DNA from: Clostridia bacterium
GTDB taxonomy: Bacteria; Bacillota; DSM-521; Neomoorellales; JACIYF01
DNA: 64,000 nucleotides
Reading direction: 5' to 3'
Assembly: GCA_014360065.1 (NCBI GenBank)
Contig: JACIYF010000003.1
Coordinates: 1,567 to 65,566 of the forward strand
Part shown: positions 18,919 to 25,706 of the stretch, piece after piece
Layout: every line of letters begins with the position of its first letter
How positions within the stretch are numbered: the stretch's first letter is position 1
The notes under the pieces: model-generated
Databases searched by the model: none
What the model was told of the DNA's origin: nothing
The model's input: only the letters and a program-made list of their open reading frames with translations
Position numbers and translations under genes: made by a program

Positions 18919-19986
18919 TTAGGCCTGGGACTGAAACCATATTACTAGGGAAGTGGTGGTTATGGCCTGGTAAGCCAGGCGGGCATAGCGAAGAAAGAAG
19001 CGAGGAGCAAGAACCAGAAGCTTTCCTGCCAGTATTGGTTGTTCCGGCGTATCATCCACCCAGTTAAGACCATCGGGGCTAATCTGCATCCTAACCGAAG
19101 CAGTGGCAGCGCCGGTATTCAGGACGGCATAGGAGTAGACCCGAAGGGTAGAAACATCGCGATCAGCAGTAAAGGCCCATGTTGGTGTGGCTGTGACTTC
19201 TTCCCTAAATTCAGCATAAGCCCGCTGGGCCACTTGGACCTGAGCTAAGCCTTCTGTAGTAGTAGCCAGCGGTGAAGGGCTGCTGCCATACACCCGCACC
19301 CCATCGCGAAGGGGGCTAAGGTCGCGAATGTCCGCAGCAACCGTGGCCTGAACGGTTATGGGCAGGGGCCCGGCCAACCGCACCGGCTTTAAGATCTCCC
19401 CCACCGTGTCCACATGGCGGACGAAGACTCGACCCTTCTCATCCAAGCGCAGCGCCCGGACGGGGTAAAGGCGATAGGCCTTGATTGCTTGAATACTGAT
19501 CCGGCCCGGCCCAACTATCCCTACCTCTAGCCAGAAAGAGGCGGTACCGCTGGCGGTAGTAAAAACCCGAGTAAAGGTCTCCGGCTCAAGACCTGGTCTT
19601 AGCAGGAATTCGATCTGCGTGGTCAGATAGCCAGCCGCCGTACCCATGTATACCCGCAAATAGCATTCGCTGCCCGGCGGGTCAGCCTGGAGTTGGACCT
19701 GAACTTTCCAACGCTGGATTTGGCCAGCCGGTACCGCTACCTCTCGCTCCTGCAGCACTCCTGCCGGCGGACCCGACGGGTGGACGATGACCACGGAACG
19801 CGGCCCAGATGGGGTGCCAACCCACTCCCAAGTGGTAGCGGCATCGCCTCCGACCCGGAGCCAGCCATCGGGAAAATTGGGTTCCGCCTCCTGGGCCCAT
19901 TGGAAATCACCATTATAGACTTGGTCGATTAGCTCTCTGCCTCTATGCACCTGTGTCCCCCAACCCTTCCCAGGCTTCACTGCCAT
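18919..19986 (-). CDS. 355-aa protein: N-terminal CBM/jelly-roll-like domain plus the same C-terminal domain as the downstream paralog
   Basis: The N-terminus NGDFQWAQ...FPDGW resembles the start of a carbohydrate-binding-module. The C-terminus DIRDLSPLRDGVRVYGSSPSPLA...YSYAVLNTGAATASVRMQISPDGLNWV...FLRYARLAY aligns with ORF 18120..18818. No obvious RBS. Confidence 0.6.
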   Translation of the reverse strand: MAVKPGKGWGTQVHRGRELIDQVYNGDFQWAQEAEPNFPDGWLRVGGDAATTWEWVGTPSGPRSVVIVHPSGPPAGVLQEREVAVPAGQIQRWKVQVQLQADPPGSECYLRVYMGTAAGYLTTQIEFLLRPGLEPETFTRVFTTASGTASFWLEVGIVGPGRISIQAIKAYRLYPVRALRLDEKGRVFVRHVDTVGEILKPVRLAGPLPITVQATVAADIRDLSPLRDGVRVYGSSPSPLATTTEGLAQVQVAQRAYAEFREEVTATPTWAFTADRDVSTLRVYSYAVLNTGAATASVRMQISPDGLNWVDDTPEQPILAGKLLVLAPRFFLRYARLAYQAITTTSLVIWFQSQA

Positions 19987-20089
19987 TGTATGCCAGACCT
20001 AGGTAAAGGGTTAGCGAATCGCCCAAACCCCTGTGGCAACAGCCGCAGTTTTGGGGTTGTGGGCAAGTTACACTCAACTCTAATTGGGC

Positions 20090-21043
20090 TTAGCGGGGAA
20101 CAAAGTGCTGGGAGTAGAATAGGTCGAACCAACCGGTTAACTTCACTTGCCTCAAGCCGTGGTTGATCTTGGCCCTTAGGAATTCGTCGTCTTTCCCTAT
20201 GGCTATGGCCAGCGGTATCTCTGAGCTCTCCTTGGCGGAGTCCGCCGTCGAGTCGGCTCGCAATCCGCTTTTTGTCAGCTCCAAGCCAGCCAGCACCAAT
20301 CCCGCCTGAGGATGGCGATCCAGGATGTATACCAGCGATGGCCGGTCTCCGAGCAGTGCTTGGATTTTACCCGATAGCAGATCTTCCCAGGCTTTATCCA
20401 GGCTGGGATAGGGTTGGAGCTGAGCGTTATTAGGCAAGCCCTTCAGTTGCTTCTCCTTTGCCAACTGAGCAGTCGGCCCTACCACTCCCACCTTTTTTCC
20501 TGCCAAATCCCCTAAGGCTTTGATGGTGGCGCCTCGGGGCGCACAAAGGGCCAGCCTAACTGTCAGATAGGCATCTGAAAAGTCAACCTCTTTGGTAAGC
20601 CCCTCGGTAGGAGAAAGGGCGCCAATGGCTGCATCGATGGTTCCAGCTTTGAGGGCTGCCCATAAGCCTTCTTGATCCAAAACTTTGACTTTAACTTCCA
20701 TGCCTTCCGCTTGAGCTATAGCCCGGATCAGTTGTAGGTCGAAACCAGTGAGCTCGCCGGTTTTCGCATCCCGATAAGTGAATGGTGGATGGGTGGCAGT
20801 GGTACCTACCCACAGAATGGACTTAAGCCCGGCCTCTGGCTGGCGAGCGGCTGGCTGGCTACCACACCCCTGTAGGCTGAAGACCGAAAGACTAGCCACC
20901 GCCAACCATAGCAAGGCTGCGATTATGTATTTCCCCTTGTTACCCTCATCCAATCCCAACCAGCCCCTTTTTCCCAAAAGTTTCCTCGCCCTCCGCTCCG
21001 TCCAGCCCTCAACCGTTCGCGCAGCCCCCGTTTGGTTTTTCAT
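20090..21043 (-). CDS. Amino-acid ABC transporter substrate-binding lipoprotein (family-3 SBP), with no cognate permease or ATPase nearby
   Basis: GTTATHPPFTYRD..TGELTGFDLQLIRAIA..GTIDAAIGALS is the SBP_bac_3 pattern, and SLSVFSLQGCG is lipobox-like. The start is ambiguous: ATG 21043, or TTG 20953 preceded by AAAGGGG. Confidence 0.75.
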   Translation of the reverse strand: MKNQTGAARTVEGWTERRARKLLGKRGWLGLDEGNKGKYIIAALLWLAVASLSVFSLQGCGSQPAARQPEAGLKSILWVGTTATHPPFTYRDAKTGELTGFDLQLIRAIAQAEGMEVKVKVLDQEGLWAALKAGTIDAAIGALSPTEGLTKEVDFSDAYLTVRLALCAPRGATIKALGDLAGKKVGVVGPTAQLAKEKQLKGLPNNAQLQPYPSLDKAWEDLLSGKIQALLGDRPSLVYILDRHPQAGLVLAGLELTKSGLRADSTADSAKESSEIPLAIAIGKDDEFLRAKINHGLRQVKLTGWFDLFYSQHFVPR

Positions 21044-21190
21044 TGCTCGGTTACGGCGCCTGGCCGCATGGAACAGCACGGAGAGAATGAGATGACCCTC
21101 CTCTAGCATTCCATGAGGAGGGCCGGTGCTATTCGCCGTCGAAAGACCCTAGCGCAATTCGACAAAGTGGATTAACGGGGCTTGGGATTC

Positions 21191-21242
21191 TGTGGATAAC
21201 CTTGTTCATAAGTGCCCTTTTCGGGCCTCTGGCTGTGGATAA
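21191..21242. promoter_or_regulatory. Two perfect DnaA boxes (TGTGGATAA = complement of TTATCCACA) in direct orientation
   Basis: Exact 9-mers sit at 21191-21199 and 21234-21242, with a 2-mismatch copy (AGTGGATTA) at about 21165. All are in the intergenic region upstream of the SBP gene. Confidence 0.45.
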
Positions 21243-21303
21243 GTTTGCGGATATGCGAATGTCGGCGGAAATGGAAATTTCTGTAGCGATCGCTGTCGAA
21301 ATT

Positions 21304-22386
21304 TTATTCCCATTTCCAAAACCGAACCGCTACCACTAAGGTGGCCACCGCCCAGGCCACCAGAACCAAAAGGTCGGTGGGCAAAGAGTACAGAGGCGTA
21401 GCTTCCACCATGACCTGGCGCAGGGCATCGCCCAGGTAGGTGAGGGGCATGGCCTTTAGCACTGGCTTTAGGAACGCCGGCATGAATTCTACTGGGAAAA
21501 AGATGCCGGAGAGAAACATCATGGGGAACTGCACCACGTTGGCCAGCCCCACCGCGCTTTCCTCAGTCTTGCACAGCGACACCAACAGATATCCCAGGCT
21601 TACAAAGGTAGCCGCGCCCAGCACTACGATCCCGAGGACCTTGAGCCAACTGCCAATGACGGTAACATGGAAGACCAGATAACCAATAACCACTATGGTT
21701 AGAGTCTGCACTAAAGCCATGAGGAACCGTACACTGATCTCCGCACCTAGGAGCGTCCACCGAGGCAGCGGGGTTGCTCCCAGGCTCTTTAAGATTTTCT
21801 GTTCCCGCAAGCTGACTAGGTGTAAGGCCCCAAAAATACCTAGCTGCATAAGAGCCATAGCCAGGATGCCCGGGAGGAGGTAATCAATGGTCCTTAGTTC
21901 CTTGGGTTGGACTGCTTGGGACTGAACCCTAAAGATCTGGGGGCGATGGGTGATGCCTCTCTCGATGCCATCCAAAACTTGCGCGATTACTGGCACGAGT
22001 ACTTGCCCCGAAGCCTGCTGGCTGGCATCGTAATATACGGGTATCTGCACCGGCTGGCCGGAGGTCACCGCCGGCCCCACTTCCTCGGGTATAACGATTA
22101 CCGCCCGCCGGTCCCCCTTGGTCAAAGCATTGAGCTCCTGGTCCCTGGTTCCTTGGTGAATCTTAAACGAAGCAATTGACCCCAGGGCGCGGGATATCTG
22201 CTCAGCAACCGGGTCTTGGGACTCAGCCACCAACCCAACGTCAAAGCTGCTGGATCCCTCGTTGGCAAAAACCGCTCCGAAGATGAGAATGAATATAACC
22301 GGGAACACCAGGAACCAAAAGATAGCCATCCGGTCCCGGACCAATTCTTTGACATTAGCCACAAACAGCTCGGCGAAAGTCTTCAT
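21304..22386 (-). CDS. ABC-2-type exporter permease
   Basis: 360 aa with an N-terminal TM segment, a large extracytoplasmic loop and 5 C-terminal TM segments. It overlaps the upstream ATPase gene by 4 nt. Confidence 0.8.
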   Translation of the reverse strand: MKTFAELFVANVKELVRDRMAIFWFLVFPVIFILIFGAVFANEGSSSFDVGLVAESQDPVAEQISRALGSIASFKIHQGTRDQELNALTKGDRRAVIVIPEEVGPAVTSGQPVQIPVYYDASQQASGQVLVPVIAQVLDGIERGITHRPQIFRVQSQAVQPKELRTIDYLLPGILAMALMQLGIFGALHLVSLREQKILKSLGATPLPRWTLLGAEISVRFLMALVQTLTIVVIGYLVFHVTVIGSWLKVLGIVVLGAATFVSLGYLLVSLCKTEESAVGLANVVQFPMMFLSGIFFPVEFMPAFLKPVLKAMPLTYLGDALRQVMVEATPLYSLPTDLLVLVAWAVATLVVAVRFWKWE

Positions 22387-23312
22387 TCCCGGATCCTCCT
22401 GCCTGTAAGCTTTAAAAATACGTCCTCCAGGGTAGCCCGCCTGACCACCACATGATCGATGGGGCTTTGACCGGTGGCTTCTTTTTTCCTAGTTGCATAG
22501 GCCATCAGGGCGGCGATGGTACCAGCCACATCAGTACTGTACAGGGTAACCTGGTCGCCCTCCACCTGTACCCGATTTACCCCTGGCAAGTGCTGGAACT
22601 CATCTCCATCAGTAGCCGGAGAATTGGTAAACTCGATGGCTTGCTCTCGAAAATTCTCATCAATCAGCTCGGACGGCGATCCACAGGCCAATACCCGGCC
22701 ATGGTCAATGACCAGCACCCGGTCGCATAGATGCTCCGCCTCATCCATGAAATGGGTGGTGAGAAAGACGGTCTTGCCTTGGCGCTTAAGATCCAGGATG
22801 GCGTCCCAAAGGGTGTGGCGCGCTTGCGGGTCCAGACCAGTGGTGGGTTCATCTAAGAACAAGATATCACCGCCGCTGACCATCGCCAGCCCCACTGCCA
22901 GGCGTTGCAGCTGCCCACCGGACAGGGCTTTAGTTTGGACGCGAGCTTTATCCGCCAATCCTACCCGTTCAAGTATTTCTGGTAGCGAGATTTTCCGAGG
23001 ATAAAAGCTGGAAAAGAGCTTTAAAGTCTCGAGGACAGTAAGGCGGGGGTACATCCCTCGCACTTGCAACTGCACGCCAATGCGCGACTTTACCGCTTGT
23101 GGCTCGCGGCCAGGATCTTTCCCCAATACCAGGACCTCGCCGGCGTCCCGCTCCCTTAAACCTACTAGGATCTCCACAGTGGTGGTCTTGCCGGCGCCGT
23201 TTGGTCCCAGCATGCCGAAAATTTCCCCGCTTTCCACCGCAAAGTCTACCCCGTCTACGGCCCGGACTGGGCCATAGCTCTTACGCAGTCCGGAAACGGT
23301 GATGCTTTCCAC
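22383..23312 (-). CDS. ABC transporter ATP-binding protein (DrrA/CcmA-like)
   Basis: Walker A GPNGAGKTT, signature LSGGQLQR, Walker B ILFLDEPTTGLD and an H-loop are present. Confidence 0.9.
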   Translation of the reverse strand: MESITVSGLRKSYGPVRAVDGVDFAVESGEIFGMLGPNGAGKTTTVEILVGLRERDAGEVLVLGKDPGREPQAVKSRIGVQLQVRGMYPRLTVLETLKLFSSFYPRKISLPEILERVGLADKARVQTKALSGGQLQRLAVGLAMVSGGDILFLDEPTTGLDPQARHTLWDAILDLKRQGKTVFLTTHFMDEAEHLCDRVLVIDHGRVLACGSPSELIDENFREQAIEFTNSPATDGDEFQHLPGVNRVQVEGDQVTLYSTDVAGTIAALMAYATRKKEATGQSPIDHVVVRRATLEDVFLKLTGRRIRE

Positions 23313-23477
23313 CTGACATAATCCCTCCCCACTAAGGCGTTTCCCCAGTAATCATTACACCATTAAGCCCAAAATAGTTTCCCAAAGCCCGGTTAAGGTT
23401 AACGCGCCAAGGCGATACTAACGCTGGTAAGTTAAGAAAACGAGAAACTTGGGTAAGAAAAGGGGTGAGCCCACTAA

Positions 23478-23852
23478 ATGTTGCTGCCGCTTACGGCCAA
23501 AAATGTGGTTTTGAAGCTGCTCGGGTTCGGATCAGTTTTGGCACTGGGAAAGAGTTTGCGCCCCACCCTCTACCCGTCGGCCCCACCCATCCTGGCTACT
23601 GCCACAGTCCTGACCTTGGTAGGAGCGGTAGCTGACCTAGTGATCGTGCCTAAATTGGGCAACCTGCCTTCACTCAACCTTGGCTTTCCCGGCATGACCA
23701 GCATAATCTGGGGAACGGCCAAGCTGTGGCCCAGAACCAACGTTTCCTTGGCCCAGGCAGCTACCTTAGCCCTTATGGCAGCCCCGATTGAGTACATCTT
23801 ACATAGGATGGTTTTACAAAATATAGGCCGGCAAAGCGCCGGCCACCGCTAG
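23478..23852 (+). CDS. Small membrane protein (YndM/DUF2512-like)
   Basis: 124 aa with about 4 TM segments. AAAGGGGTGAG lies 8 nt before the ATG. The family call is from memory only. Confidence 0.4.
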   Translation: MLLPLTAKNVVLKLLGFGSVLALGKSLRPTLYPSAPPILATATVLTLVGAVADLVIVPKLGNLPSLNLGFPGMTSIIWGTAKLWPRTNVSLAQAATLALMAAPIEYILHRMVLQNIGRQSAGHR

Positions 23853-24259
23853 CTGGATCTACCTTCTCTTAGAAAGGCAGCCAGAGCTTTATCCGCCCCC
23901 ATGATATGCTGGGTTAACCAGTCCACCACCTTACGGTTGATAACCACCACCAACCTTAGGGTAGCCCCTTCACTCTCAAACTGCTGCTTGAGATTGCCGA
24001 TGTCCTGGATAAACTGATCGTGTAACTGCTTGTGGGTTGGGTACTCAGGGTAATGATGGTCTTGTTGAAGTTTCTCCTCAGCGCGGAAATGGGTTTTTAC
24101 ATAGTCTTCCAGGAAGTTGAGCATTTCTTCCACTACTTCTTTGCCTTTACCTTGGTTACATGCCTCAAGCAGCTGGTTGATCCGCTTGATCAATTCCTGG
24201 TGCTGCTGGTCAATTAGGTCTACACCGGTGGCAAGGCTGGCGCTCCATTGCATGGCCAA
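23849..24259 (-). CDS. Bacteriohemerythrin
   Basis: W..SLATGV.LIDQQHQELI, H.....FL..Y...HF..EE and H...H are the hemerythrin His/Glu/Asp iron ligand pattern. Length is 136 aa. Confidence 0.85.
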   Translation of the reverse strand: MAMQWSASLATGVDLIDQQHQELIKRINQLLEACNQGKGKEVVEEMLNFLEDYVKTHFRAEEKLQQDHHYPEYPTHKQLHDQFIQDIGNLKQQFESEGATLRLVVVINRKVVDWLTQHIMGADKALAAFLREGRSS

Positions 24260-24276
24260 GACGTCCCCCCATCAAG

Positions 24277-25653
24277 TTAGTTGCCATAGAGATTCGGCGT
24301 TGGCTCTAGTTTTCCTTCACTTTGCTTTAGGAGCTCGATGGGGTGGACGGCAGATATGCCGGTGTGGCCCCAAAGCTGAACTTGGCACATCCCGCACTCG
24401 GTGGCTACCAGACGGGCATTGCTGGCAGCCAAGGATTCAACCAAGGAGCGGGCGATGCGCCGGCTAGCCGGATAGCGTTCTTGCTTCAGGGCATAGGTCC
24501 CCGCCGCCCCACAGCAGCTATCCGCTAGCGGTACAATATTGAGGCCGACCACCCGGCGCAGTAGCTCAAGTCCAGGAGCTCCAATGCCCTGGGCGGCCAG
24601 GTGGCAAGGCAGGTGATAGGCCACCGGCAACCCCGGCGGCCGGGGCGACCGCTGACCGCCGGTTACGGAATTCTCCAAGACAAACTGGCAGGCGTCGACC
24701 ACCGACCGGCTTAGGCTAAAAGCAGCAGGTCCCGGAACCAGGCTAGGATAAACCTCCTTTAGCACTAGGGCACAGCTGGGGCATAAAGCCAAGACCGGCA
24801 GGTCCGGATGCAATGCCCTGCCCAGAGATGGAGACGGTAGCAGAGTCAGCAGCTGCTCAAAGTGGCGCAGGTTACTTCCGGCCCACCGGGTCGCTTGCCG
24901 GCTGTCTCCGTTGGCCAGAGCCGGGAGGCCACAGCAGGCTGAATCCAACAGATAAAGCTGGCATCCCCATCCACTAAGAAGTCTTTTTAAGGCCTGGAAG
25001 GCTTGAGGTCGGCAGTAGCGATAGAAGCAACCCAGAAAGACCGCCACTACTTGCGGTAATGTTGGGGTGAAGCTACTTAGCTGGCCGGGCCGGTCAAGGT
25101 GGCCAGGTTCAGGTCCGGCCGAAGCCGGTTGAGCGGCAGCTACCCTAACCCACCCAAAGGTAGTTTCCGGGCGGGAGCTAAACCGGGGTAAAGGCTGGTC
25201 GGGGCTTATTCCTAGCCCCCAAGCCAAGGCCTTCCGGACCAGGTGGCGCCGCCCTAGCCAGTTAACGACCCTGGCCAGCAGCGCCGCCCATCGCCCCCAC
25301 GATGACCCCCGAGCCAAAAACCACTTGCGCAAAGATAGCATAAGACTAGGGAGCTTAGCTTTAGGCCTCCAGGACTGGATCAGATCCGCTACTGGTACTC
25401 CAGCCGGGCAAGCGATTTGGCAGCGCCGGCAACCGTTGCAACCCGCCAACGCCGAGTAGGGCGGCACCTGATAGGAAGGATGTCGTCGCCACCAGGCCAC
25501 CAGCGACTTGGGACCAGGAAAGGTGGGGTCTATACCATAAACCGGGCAAGCATCTAGGCAGATGGCGCAGCGCAGGCATGCCTCAAGAGACCAAGAAGCC
25601 CGAGCTAGCCCATGTTCTTCGCCCCAGCTTGGAACTTGCTGGCCTGTTGCCAT
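24277..25653 (-). CDS. glpC: Anaerobic glycerol-3-phosphate dehydrogenase subunit C (Fe-S/CCG-domain protein)
   Basis: There are two ferredoxin-type motifs (CLRCAICLDACP, CNGCRRCQIACP) and two CCG-type Cys motifs (CCGLPA, CCGAAG). ATG 25653 follows GGTAGGTGGG. Confidence 0.75.
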   Translation of the reverse strand: MATGQQVPSWGEEHGLARASWSLEACLRCAICLDACPVYGIDPTFPGPKSLVAWWRRHPSYQVPPYSALAGCNGCRRCQIACPAGVPVADLIQSWRPKAKLPSLMLSLRKWFLARGSSWGRWAALLARVVNWLGRRHLVRKALAWGLGISPDQPLPRFSSRPETTFGWVRVAAAQPASAGPEPGHLDRPGQLSSFTPTLPQVVAVFLGCFYRYCRPQAFQALKRLLSGWGCQLYLLDSACCGLPALANGDSRQATRWAGSNLRHFEQLLTLLPSPSLGRALHPDLPVLALCPSCALVLKEVYPSLVPGPAAFSLSRSVVDACQFVLENSVTGGQRSPRPPGLPVAYHLPCHLAAQGIGAPGLELLRRVVGLNIVPLADSCCGAAGTYALKQERYPASRRIARSLVESLAASNARLVATECGMCQVQLWGHTGISAVHPIELLKQSEGKLEPTPNLYGN

Positions 25654-25660
25654 GACGCCC

Positions 25661-25694
25661 ACCTACCTACCTACTTACTTACTTACCTAGTAAG
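25661..25694. repeat. Tetranucleotide microsatellite (CTAC)3(TTAC)3 in the glpAB-glpC spacer
   Basis: The sequence is acCTACCTACCTACTTACTTACTTACctagtaag. On the coding (minus) strand it reads GTAA x3 / GTAG x3 and runs into the glpC SD-like GGTAGGTGG. Confidence 0.8.
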
Positions 25695-25706
25695 CTTTGG
25701 CCCCTT

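Noticed and set aside
19979-19992. CATACAAT resembling a sigma-E/sigma-K -10 element upstream of the repeat-protein operon
   Set aside because: It overlaps the ATG start codon itself (CATACA-ATG), so it cannot be a -10 element for this gene.
21109-21109. ORF-track start (ATG 21109) for the substrate-binding protein
   Set aside because: It would add a non-signal-like, Arg-rich 20-50 aa leader with no RBS. A lipoprotein-type signal peptide emerges only from the downstream starts (21043, or better TTG 20953).
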